Counted from the first letter of the stretch, positions 10,873 to 18,760 are shown. The stretch is 32,000 bases of DNA from Pirellulales bacterium (GCA_019636345.1 JAHBXQ010000001.1:431985-463984); one strand, 5' to 3'. Notes: generated from the letters alone by a model not told the origin. Translations and numbers: made by a program.

Positions 10873-11140
10873 GCGGTTTGGCGAGCAGCTCGGAAAGTCG
10901 GCTCGCCGCGTGCTGCAAATGGGGAGCGGTCAAGTGGCGTTCCAGAAGCGCTTCGCTCGTCCACTCCTCGACGAACGAAAACTCCTGGGGGCGTTCGCGG
11001 CTGCGCCAGAGTTGGTACATGACGCACCCTTCTTCCTGGTGCGTCGGCTCGATCAGCCCAGTGAGGAGTTGTCGGAGCTCTTCGGCGCGGTCGGGCTTGG
11101 CGACGAATTCGGCAATGAGTCGCACGGGGGCGTCGGACAT
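10841..11140 (-). CDS. Antibiotic-biosynthesis-monooxygenase (ABM) domain protein
   Basis: 99-aa product from the ATG at 11140 (MSDAPVRLIAEFVAKPDRAEELRQLLTGLIEPTHQEEGCVMYQLW...FVEEWTSEALLERHLTAPHL). Size and pattern are typical of the ferredoxin-like ABM fold. The 72 extra upstream codons in the ORF track look non-coding. Confidence 0.75.
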   Translation of the reverse strand: MSDAPVRLIAEFVAKPDRAEELRQLLTGLIEPTHQEEGCVMYQLWRSRERPQEFSFVEEWTSEALLERHLTAPHLQHAASRLSELLAKPLELRKFDLVS

Positions 11141-11397
11141 GACGGCAAGAGTCCTGCGTGACGAGGAAAGCGGGCGCCGCCGAACGACTGCGGCAACCCT
11201 TGTTATAGGCCACGACGCCTGTCGACAACAATCCGCTCCCCGGCGACAGTCAGGGCCGATCCGTTGTTCCATCGGACGTGCGGCATGGCCTCGACGGTCC
11301 GCCGTCGTGGCCATGTTTCCCCGACACGTCTGGCATGCCCCAGCGGACGAAGGCATGGCGCTCCGGGGAGAACGTATTGGCCCGGCCCTGACGGCGT

Positions 11398-11427
11398 TTG
11401 GCGAGTTCGACGCCGGGGGCGTACAAT
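11398..11427 (+). promoter_or_regulatory. Candidate sigma70-type promoter for pcm
   Basis: TTGGCG (11398-11403), an 18-nt spacer, then TACAAT (11422-11427). It lies about 40 nt upstream of the SD GAGGAGG and the ATG at 11467. Confidence 0.3.
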
Positions 11428-11466
11428 GCGTGCGGCGCGGCGAGCGTCCGCGCCGAGGAGGCGGCC

Positions 11467-12162
11467 ATGGCGCGAGACGGGCGCGAGCGAGACTCCGACG
11501 ACGAAGAGCGACATTACGCGGCCGTCGAGCGGGCGCGGATGGTCGACCGTCAACTCCCTGGACACGGGATCGTCGATCCGCAGATTCTCAATGCGATGGC
11601 CGCGATCCCCCGCGAGGAGTTCGTGCCTCGTCACTTGCGCGAGTCGGCGTACATCGACTCTTCGCTGCCGATCGGGTGCGACCAGACGATTTCGCAGCCG
11701 TGCGTCACGGCCCTGATGTGCGAGCTGGCGCAACTCGTCGGCGCGGAGCGCGTGCTCGACGTGGGGACCGGCTCGGGGTATGCGGCGGCCGTCTTGTCGC
11801 TGCTCGCGGCGGAGGTGATCTCGATCGAGCGGATCGACGAGTTGGCCGAGCGGGCGCGGAGGCGACTGGCGCGGTTAGGGTTCGGCAACGTGACCGTCGT
11901 GATTGGCGACGGGACGCGCGGCTGGCCCGAGCGGGCGCCGTACGATGCGATTCTCGTGGCCGCCGGTGCGACGGCGCTTCCCAAGGCGCTCGTCGAGCAA
12001 CTCGCCGAGGGGGGCCGGTTGATCATCCCCGTCGGTCGCTTCCGTCGCGGCCAGACGATGTACCGCTTCACCAACCAAGGGGCCGGTCTGAAGATCGAGG
12101 ATTTCGGCGCCTTCTCGTTCGTGCCCCTGATCGCGGGCGACAACGACGATGCGCGGGAATAG
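11467..12162 (+). CDS. pcm: Protein-L-isoaspartate O-methyltransferase
   Basis: Blocks DQTISQP, VLDVGTGSGYAAAVLS (SAM motif I), GDGTRGWPERAPYDAILVAAG and GGRLIIPVG. GAGGAGG lies 5 nt before the ATG at 11467. 231 aa. Confidence 0.9.
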   Translation: MARDGRERDSDDEERHYAAVERARMVDRQLPGHGIVDPQILNAMAAIPREEFVPRHLRESAYIDSSLPIGCDQTISQPCVTALMCELAQLVGAERVLDVGTGSGYAAAVLSLLAAEVISIERIDELAERARRRLARLGFGNVTVVIGDGTRGWPERAPYDAILVAAGATALPKALVEQLAEGGRLIIPVGRFRRGQTMYRFTNQGAGLKIEDFGAFSFVPLIAGDNDDARE

Positions 12163-12360
12163 GGTGGCGAGTTTCGAGGGAAGGGAGGATGATGGGATCA
12201 TGGGACTTTGAAACACGCGTCGCGTCGGACTGAGGGACCTCGCAACAACGCGGCTCAATCCAGACCTTTAGGGCGTTTGCGATCGGTTGCTCCTCGCTTC
12301 GGTTCACTGCCGACCCGACCTACGCGCCATGGCTTTCGCCTTACTCCCCCTCCCCTTTCC

Positions 12361-13107
12361 ATGTCTCCGACGCTTGAAGAGTTCGATCGGCCGCCTGCGG
12401 TGCATTGCCGGCCGGAGGCGATGCGCGCCTGGCGGCGGAGCTTGCCCGAGATCGGGTCGCCGCCGGGGTTGTTCCGTGCGGCCTGGGCGATCGCGCTGCA
12501 TGAGATGCCCGAGGCCGATCTGGCCGCGGGCGAGGCGACGATCGCCCGGCTCGTGTCGGCCGTGGCGTCGCGGGTCCGGTCGCGGTCGATCGACGCGGTG
12601 CTCGCACACCTGCACGACGTTTTGTTCGAGGTGGCGGGATTCGCGGGCAACGGCGACGACTACTACGCCCCGGCGAACAGCTATCTCCCCGAGGTGTTGC
12701 GCACCCGTCGCGGGCTGCCGATTGCGCTGACCCTGGTCTACCAGCGAACGGCCTACGGCTGCGGTCTCGTCGTGCATGGCGTGAACGCCCCAGGTCACTT
12801 TCTGGCCGAGGCGGAAGCGGGAAACGGACGGACAATGTACGTCGACCCGTTCTTCGGCGGGGGAATCCTTTCTCGCGACGAGGCGCTGGCCCGGGTCGAG
12901 CAGGCGTCTGGGCGGTCGGCCGCCGATTTTCCGCAACCGCTTGCGCGGGCGACGCCGCGACAGTGGCTGGCGCGGATGCTGGCGAATCTGCACGCGACGC
13001 TCGCGATGGCGGGCCGGGACCGCGACGTGCTGGCGATGCTGGAGTTGGGGGCCCAACTCCCCCCCGAGCGCCCGGTTCGCCCGAATCCGCCGCGCGAGCT
13101 AGAATAA
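12361..13107 (+). CDS. SirB1/YchA-type transglutaminase-like family protein with a TPR-like C-terminus
   Basis: LPEVLRTRRGLPIALTLVYQRTAYGCGLVVHGVNAPGHFLAE...MYVDPFFGGGILS is the characteristic core of the SirB1 N-terminal/transglutaminase-like family, followed by a helical tail. The start is set at the ATG at 12361. Confidence 0.75.
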   Translation: MSPTLEEFDRPPAVHCRPEAMRAWRRSLPEIGSPPGLFRAAWAIALHEMPEADLAAGEATIARLVSAVASRVRSRSIDAVLAHLHDVLFEVAGFAGNGDDYYAPANSYLPEVLRTRRGLPIALTLVYQRTAYGCGLVVHGVNAPGHFLAEAEAGNGRTMYVDPFFGGGILSRDEALARVEQASGRSAADFPQPLARATPRQWLARMLANLHATLAMAGRDRDVLAMLELGAQLPPERPVRPNPPRELE

Positions 13108-13182
13108 TCGAGAGCGGAACGATTGCCGTCCCGCCCTTGCTCGCCCTCGCCGCCGGAGCCGTGCGTGTTCGTCACCCTTGCC

Positions 13183-14958
13183 ATGCTTGCCAGGAGGGCC
13201 TGCCTGGGGCTGGCTGTAGCGCTGTGGGCCGCCGGGGCGTGCAGTTACGGCGCCGTCGCAGTGGTCAGCAATCGGACCTCCGCCCCGCTCGTCGCGAAGA
13301 CGACCGCCGACGACAACCTTCCCAGCGGCTTGATGTTGGCCCCTGGCGATTCGAGACCGGTGTTCGGCTTGGAATCGCTGACAATCGAGTGGTCAGCGGG
13401 GGACGAATCGCGGACGGCGCGACTCACGCCGGGATGCGCCTATTTTTTCGCACAGTCCGCGCCGGGCCAGCCGATCGAGCTGGAGCAAATCGGCCTGAAC
13501 GACCGGCCCGGCCCGCCGCTGGTTCTGCCGGGGGGCGATTTGCTGGCGGTCGCGACGCCGACGCTCAAGGTGCGGGCCTTGGTGGACGACGACGAACCGC
13601 GTCGCGCCGCCGCTTGGGAACCGGCCCTGCGCGCACGACTCGCCGCCGCCTCGGACGTGATCGAGGCCCATTGCGGCGTCCGGTTGGAGTTGGTCGGCTT
13701 CGACGCCTGGGACAGCGACAACGACGAGCGCGACTTCTTCCGCACGTTGGCCGAGTTTGAACGTGAAGTTGCTCCTGTCCCCGGCGGCGTGGCGATCGGG
13801 TTCTCAAGCCAGTACGCGGTCGAGCGCGGCCGGTACCATTTGGGAGGGACCCGGGCTCCGCTCCACACGCACATCCTGCTCAAGGAACGGGCGCAGGGGA
13901 TTTTGAACACGGAACGGTTGGAACTGCTGGTCCACGAACTGGGCCATCTGCTTGGCGCCGTGCACAGCCCCGAGGCGACCAGCGTCATGCGACCCCTGTT
14001 GGTCGGGGGGTTGCAGCGCGAGGCGGGCGCTCGGGTGCAATTCGACCCGGTGAACACGTTGGCCATGTCGCTGGTGGCCGACGAGATGCGGCTGCGGCGG
14101 ATCAGTTCGATCAGCGACGCGACGGCGCTCACCCGGCGGCGGTTGGCCGAGATCTATGCGGCGATTGACCCGACGCTCCCCGAGGATCCTGCGGCGGCCG
14201 TCTATCAGCGGCTCGTGGGTTCCGCCGCGGCGGGGCCGATCGTCGAGGACGCTCGCAAAGTCATCGCACAGATCGAACGCGTGGCGCAATTCAAGGAGCA
14301 AGCTCTCGCGAACATAGCAGAACAGGCCCAAGCCGGGGGAAGCGACGAGGGGGACCGGCTGCTGGAGTGGTACGTGCGTCAAGCGGCCGCTGCGGCGTTG
14401 CGGGTCCGCAAGGAGCACGCCGAGAAAGCGTTCCTCCTGGCGATCGGGACGGCGCTCGACGACCAAGGGATGCTGACGCGGCTGCCGACGGTGTCGGGGG
14501 TGGAACGACAATTAAGCCCCGACGCCGAACGCCGCCGCCGCGCTGAAATCGTGGGCGAGCCGACGATGCGCGGGCGGCGCGATTTGGCGAAGCACTTTTT
14601 CGTGTCGGCCCACTTGGTGGTGATCCTCGGCAGCGACGGGGCGCGCGACGCGGGGCTGCTCAAGGAGGTCGTCGACTCGCACGGCGGCAGCGGCTTCAGC
14701 TTCGTCGATCTCATGGCGGATCGCGCGGGGATCGTTTTCGCCCATGCCGTGCTGGGGGGGCGGATTTCGCTCGAACGGATCGCCCGCGAGTTTACCGTCG
14801 CGGCCGTGTTGCCGACGCTCGAGGACCTGCCGGAAGGCTTGCAGGCCGCAGAATTCAGCGCCGGGTTCGGCGGTCCGACCGACCCGCGGTTGCAGTCAGA
14901 GCTGCAAAAGATCGAGGTTCGGGTCGGGTCGTTGCCGATTTACGGGCAGGCGCCGTGA
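13183..14958 (+). CDS. Secreted protein with a matrixin-type zinc-metalloprotease motif (putative metzincin)
   Basis: Signal peptide MLARRACLGLAVALWAAGACSYGAVA. HELGHLLGAVHS (nt 13933-13965 plus Ser) is followed by x6-M-R-P, matching HExxHxxGxxHS...M.P, the third-His/Met-turn spacing seen in matrixins. The C-terminal region of about 300 aa carries no motif I recognise. Confidence 0.65.
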   Translation: MLARRACLGLAVALWAAGACSYGAVAVVSNRTSAPLVAKTTADDNLPSGLMLAPGDSRPVFGLESLTIEWSAGDESRTARLTPGCAYFFAQSAPGQPIELEQIGLNDRPGPPLVLPGGDLLAVATPTLKVRALVDDDEPRRAAAWEPALRARLAAASDVIEAHCGVRLELVGFDAWDSDNDERDFFRTLAEFEREVAPVPGGVAIGFSSQYAVERGRYHLGGTRAPLHTHILLKERAQGILNTERLELLVHELGHLLGAVHSPEATSVMRPLLVGGLQREAGARVQFDPVNTLAMSLVADEMRLRRISSISDATALTRRRLAEIYAAIDPTLPEDPAAAVYQRLVGSAAAGPIVEDARKVIAQIERVAQFKEQALANIAEQAQAGGSDEGDRLLEWYVRQAAAAALRVRKEHAEKAFLLAIGTALDDQGMLTRLPTVSGVERQLSPDAERRRRAEIVGEPTMRGRRDLAKHFFVSAHLVVILGSDGARDAGLLKEVVDSHGGSGFSFVDLMADRAGIVFAHAVLGGRISLERIAREFTVAAVLPTLEDLPEGLQAAEFSAGFGGPTDPRLQSELQKIEVRVGSLPIYGQAP

Positions 14959-14969
14959 AACGCGAGCGG

Positions 14970-15491
14970 TCAGGGCTTGGCGGTCGCGGCGGGGGGCGCG
15001 ATGCGGCGTTTGGCCCATTCGCCTAGGCCGCGGAAGATGACGAAGAAGACCGGGGTCAACAGCAGCGAGAAGACGGTCGCGGCGGCCATGCCCCCCACGA
15101 CCGCGTTGCCGACCGCGCGCCGGCTGGCGGCTCCCGCCCCCGTGGCGAACAACAGCGGCAGGAATCCTAAGATCGACGACAACGCGGTCATCAGGATCGC
15201 GCGGAACCGCAACCGGGCCGCCTCGACGGCGGCCTCGCGCAGACCGAGCCCCCGCTGCCGCTGCTCGGCGGCGAACTCCACGATCGCGGGCCAGCGCCAG
15301 ATCCGCCTCGTCCTCACCTCCTGCCCTTCCTCGAACGCAACGCGATCAAGGAAGCCGGCGACTCGCGCCCGAACGTCGACCGAATCGACGGCCGCCGGCG
15401 TTCCCGTGAATTCAAGTTTCTCGGCCACGTTGCGAACGATCGGCTGCCGGACCGTGACCGCCGGCCGTGCGGCGGCGGCCGATTGTGACAA
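14970..15491 (-). pseudogene. Remnant of an RND efflux operon: N-terminal fragment of a periplasmic adaptor (MFP) fused in frame to the C-terminal TM hairpin of an RND permease
   Basis: The 173-aa ORF has two parts. Residues about 9-60 (VTVRQPIVRNVAEKLEFTGTPAAVDSVDVRARVAGFLDRVAFEEGQEV) look like the start of an MFP. Residues about 70-173 (AIVEFAAEQRQRGLGLREAAVEAARLRFRAILMTALSSILGFLPLL...LLLTPVFFVIF) are the canonical last roughly 100 residues of an AcrB/HAE1-type pump. Confidence 0.65.
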
Positions 15492-15614
15492 CTTGCCTCA
15501 GGGGATAAACTCTCGCATGATCACGAGTATTCGCATTTCGCGGCCCCTCCCGGCGACCTGGGAGGCCGCGGCCGGCTCGTCATTTCCCTGGCCCCTCACC
15601 CCCTGCTGCCATTC

Positions 15615-17069
15615 ATGTCTTCCGCCGATTTCGGACTCATCGGGCTCGCCGTTATGGGCGAGAACCTCGCCCTGAATGTGGAAAGCCGCGGTTACTGCGT
15701 CGCCGTGTTCAACCGTACGACCTCGGTCATGGAGGAGTTCATCGCCGGCCGAGCGGCCGGAAAGAACTTCGTCGGGTGCGAGACGCTTGAGAAACTGGTC
15801 GGGTCGCTTGCCGCGCCGCGGAAGGTGTTCCTGATGGTCAAGGCGGGGCCGGCGGTCGACGCGCTGATCGACACGCTCATCCCCCTGCTCTCCCCTGGCG
15901 ACGTCATCATCGACGGCGGCAACACCTACTACGCGGACACCGAGCGGCGGACGAAGTACGTCGAGGAGAAGGGGCTGCTCTACTGCGGCTGCGGCGTGAG
16001 CGGCGGCGAAGAGGGCGCCCTTAAAGGCCCCAGCATGATGCCCGGGGGGAGCCCCGCGTCGTGGCCGATCGTCAAACCGATCTTCCAGGCGATCGCCGCC
16101 AAGGTCGGCCCGAACGGCGACATCCCCTGCTGCGAGTGGGTCGGTCCCCGCGGGGCCGGGCACTACGTGAAGATGGTGCATAACGGCATTGAGTACGGCG
16201 ACATGCAGCTCATTTGCGAGGCCTACTTCCTGATGAAGGAAGCGCTCGGGCTTACGAACGACGAACTGTACGACGTGTTCGCCGAGTGGAATCGCGGCGA
16301 GCTCGACAGTTACCTGATTGAGATCACGCGCGACATTTTCAGCGTCAAGGACGACCTGGGAGACGGCCACTTGGTCGACAAGGTCCTCGACCGGGCCGGA
16401 GCCAAGGGAACCGGCAAGTGGATGAGCCAACTTGCCCTCGACCTGGGCGTCCCCAGCACGCTGGTGACCGAGGCCGTGTACGCCCGCAGCCTGTCGGCGC
16501 TGAAGGACGAGCGCGAGCGGGCCGCCAAGGTCCTCAAAGGCCCGCACGGCGAGCACTGTCACGGCACGAAGTACGAGGGGGACAAGAAGACGTTCATCGA
16601 ACAAGTGCGGCAGGCGCTGTACGCGTCGAAGATCGTCAGCTACGCCCAGGGATTCGTGCAGTTGCAGGCGGCGGCGGTCGAACATGACTGGCCGCTGAAC
16701 TTCGGCGATTGCGCCATGCTGTGGCGCGGCGGGTGCATTATCCGGGCGGTGTTCCTCGACCGGATCAAGGAGGCGTTCGACGCGAATCCGAAGCTGGAGA
16801 ACCTGCTCTTGGCGCCCTACTTCGCCGAGGCGATCGACAAGGCTCAGGACGCGTGGCGGCACGTCACGGCGACCGCGGCGACCCTCGGGATCCCCGTTCC
16901 GGCGTTCTATACCGCGCTGGCGTATTACGACGGCTACCGCCGCGCGGTGCTGCCGGCGAACCTGCTGCAAGCCCAACGCGACTACTTCGGCGCCCACACG
17001 TTCGAGCGGACCGACAAGCCGCGCGGAGAGATGTTCCATGCGGAGTGGCTGGAGCGAAGAAAGCCGTAG
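15615..17069 (+). CDS. gnd: 6-phosphogluconate dehydrogenase, decarboxylating
   Basis: 484 aa. N-terminal FGLIGLAVMGENLALN, GGNTYY, MVHNGIEYGDMQLI and a C-terminal RDYFGAHTFER block. Full-length textbook Gnd. Confidence 0.95.
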   Translation: MSSADFGLIGLAVMGENLALNVESRGYCVAVFNRTTSVMEEFIAGRAAGKNFVGCETLEKLVGSLAAPRKVFLMVKAGPAVDALIDTLIPLLSPGDVIIDGGNTYYADTERRTKYVEEKGLLYCGCGVSGGEEGALKGPSMMPGGSPASWPIVKPIFQAIAAKVGPNGDIPCCEWVGPRGAGHYVKMVHNGIEYGDMQLICEAYFLMKEALGLTNDELYDVFAEWNRGELDSYLIEITRDIFSVKDDLGDGHLVDKVLDRAGAKGTGKWMSQLALDLGVPSTLVTEAVYARSLSALKDERERAAKVLKGPHGEHCHGTKYEGDKKTFIEQVRQALYASKIVSYAQGFVQLQAAAVEHDWPLNFGDCAMLWRGGCIIRAVFLDRIKEAFDANPKLENLLLAPYFAEAIDKAQDAWRHVTATAATLGIPVPAFYTALAYYDGYRRAVLPANLLQAQRDYFGAHTFERTDKPRGEMFHAEWLERRKP

Positions 17070-17089
17070 TGCGGGTCCTCGCCCCGCAC
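17069..17089 (+). other. Hairpin directly after the gnd stop codon (possible partial terminator or processing site)
   Basis: GTGCGGG-tcctcgc-CCCGCAC, a 7-bp stem that starts on the last base of the TAG. A moderately T-rich stretch follows (aagatttacgtcgcgtttcctttc). Confidence 0.3.
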
Positions 17090-17110
17090 AAGATTTACGT
17101 CGCGTTTCCT

Positions 17111-17140
17111 TTCACACGGGTCGAGGACCCGTGCTACACT
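17111..17140 (+). promoter_or_regulatory. Candidate extended -10 promoter positioned for a leaderless zwf mRNA
   Basis: TTCACA (17111-17116), an 18-nt spacer, then TGcTACACT (-10 hexamer 17135-17140). The A of the zwf ATG (17147) is 7 nt after the -10 hexamer. An 8-bp hairpin CACGGGTC-gag-GACCCGTG (17115-17133) occupies the spacer. Confidence 0.35.
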
Positions 17141-17146
17141 CCGGCC

Positions 17147-18607
17147 ATGCCCCACACCTTCGTCATCTTCGGCGCATCGGGCGATCTTACCAGCCGCAAG
17201 CTGATCCCGGCGCTGTACAACCTGTACCGCAAGAAGCGGCTCCCCGACCAGACGCGGGTCGTGGGGTTCTCGCGCACTGACTTCTCGCACGAGGCGTGGC
17301 GGCAGGAGCTGACCGCCACGACCGAAAAGTTCGCCGGCGCGCAATTCGACGCGGGGGTGTGGGACCAGTTCTCGCAGAACGTCTTCTATCACGCCGGCGA
17401 CATCGGGGTGGCCGAGGATTTCGGCAAGCTCAAGGCGTTCCTCGAGGAGATCGAGGGGGGCGCCGACGCGACGCGCGTCTATTACCTGTCGACGGCGCCG
17501 CAGTTTTACGAGCAGGCGATCCAGCAACTCGGCGACGCAGGATTGGCCTGCGAACCGGGCGTCTGCAAGCGGCGGGTCGTCATCGAGAAACCGTTCGGCA
17601 CGGACCTCGCCTCGGCCCAGGCGCTCAACAAGTTCGTTCACAACCACTTCGCCGAGCATCAGGTCTATCGCATCGACCACTATCTCGGCAAAGAGACGGT
17701 CCAGAACCTGATGGTCCTGCGGTTCGCCAACGCGATCTTCGAGCCGATCTGGAACCGCAACTACATCGACCACGTGCAGATCACCGTGGCCGAAGAGGTC
17801 GAGGTCGGCAAGCGGGCCGGGTACTACGACCGCGCGGGCGTCATGCGCGACATGGTGCAGAATCACCTGTTGCAGCTCTTGATGATCACGGCGATGGAAG
17901 CCCCCGTGAAATACGCGGCCAACCCCGTGCGTGACGAGAAGGTGAAGGTCCTGCAGGCGATCAAGCCGATGTCTCGCGAGGACATTCGCCGCGACACGCT
18001 CCGCGGGCAGTATCGCGGCTACAGCCGGCACGACGGGGTCGAGGCGACCAGCCGGACCGCCACGTTCGCGGCGGTGAAGCTGTGCATTCACAATTGGCGG
18101 TGGCAAGGGGTGCCGTTCTACCTGCGGAGCGGCAAGGCGATGAGCTGCCGCACGACCCAGATCGTCATTCAATTCCGCCAGCCGCCCCACATGCTGTTCG
18201 CCGACGGGCCGCGAACCGCGGCCGAGGGGAATCGGCTGGTGATCCAGGTGCAGCCGGCCGAGGGAATCCAGCTCCACTTCGAGACGAAGGTCCCCGACGC
18301 GGGGATGAAGATCCGGCAGACGGATCTCGACTTCAACTACCAGCGCGAGTTCCGCGGCAAGAGCATGCCCGAGGCGTACGAGCGGCTGCTCTTGGACGCG
18401 CTGGAGGGGGATGCCAGCCTGTTCGCCCGCGCCGACGAGGTCGAGGCGGCCTGGAGCATCTGCGACCCGATTCTCGAGGCGTGGGCTGAGGGGGATCGCC
18501 CGACCTTGTACATGTACGACCCCGGCTTCTGGGGCCCCGCGGAATGCACCGAATGGATGCAAGCCCAGGGGCGCGAGTGGTTCGACACCTGCCCGGTGCT
18601 CAAATGA
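17147..18607 (+). CDS. zwf: Glucose-6-phosphate 1-dehydrogenase
   Basis: 486 aa from the ATG at 17147. FVIFGASGDLTSRKLIPALY (NADP site), EKPFG and the active-site block RIDHYLGKE. The ORF-track start at 16709 is an off-frame run-through of gnd. Confidence 0.95.
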   Translation: MPHTFVIFGASGDLTSRKLIPALYNLYRKKRLPDQTRVVGFSRTDFSHEAWRQELTATTEKFAGAQFDAGVWDQFSQNVFYHAGDIGVAEDFGKLKAFLEEIEGGADATRVYYLSTAPQFYEQAIQQLGDAGLACEPGVCKRRVVIEKPFGTDLASAQALNKFVHNHFAEHQVYRIDHYLGKETVQNLMVLRFANAIFEPIWNRNYIDHVQITVAEEVEVGKRAGYYDRAGVMRDMVQNHLLQLLMITAMEAPVKYAANPVRDEKVKVLQAIKPMSREDIRRDTLRGQYRGYSRHDGVEATSRTATFAAVKLCIHNWRWQGVPFYLRSGKAMSCRTTQIVIQFRQPPHMLFADGPRTAAEGNRLVIQVQPAEGIQLHFETKVPDAGMKIRQTDLDFNYQREFRGKSMPEAYERLLLDALEGDASLFARADEVEAAWSICDPILEAWAEGDRPTLYMYDPGFWGPAECTEWMQAQGREWFDTCPVLK

Positions 18608-18720
18608 TTGACCAATGACCAAACTCCAAAGACCAATGGGTTGAACCCGTGATCGGCGTGAGGTTCAATCGTGGTAGTGGTATTTGGGACTTGGACATTA
18701 GTCAATTGAACGCGGGGCGT
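18608..18720. promoter_or_regulatory. AT-rich intergenic island with GACCAA(T) direct repeats and inverted repeats (zwf 3' end / psd 5' region)
   Basis: GACCAAT at 18610-18616, GACCAA at 18617-18622 and GACCAAT at 18631-18637. A 9-bp stem GGTTGAACC (18639-18647) pairs with GGTTCAATC (18662-18670, one G-U pair). Palindrome TCAATTGA at 18702-18709. This stretch is much less GC-rich than its surroundings. Confidence 0.3.
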
Positions 18721-18760
18721 GCTCCCTGCAGCGCGTCGGCCTGCCGACTGGTTGAAATTG

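Noticed and set aside
16709-17146. N-terminal extensions offered by the ORF track, for example zwf from 16709. The others are the fucosidase gene from 6603, the ABM gene from 11356, the SirB1-like gene from 12208, the metalloprotease-like gene from 13123, pssA from 19693, ribE from 20624, ppa from 24212, accB from 28043, queD from 29283 and the DUF4405-like gene from 29575.
   Set aside because: The extensions overlap the preceding gene or run through intergenic DNA. They translate to Arg/Pro-rich junk, and the family-typical N-terminus or signal peptide begins at an internal ATG in every case.
18610-18637. The GACCAAT repeats as a CRISPR-like or tandem-repeat array.
   Set aside because: There are only three 6-7-nt copies with irregular spacing, no spacers of CRISPR length and no cas genes. 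I kept them only as a possible regulatory feature.
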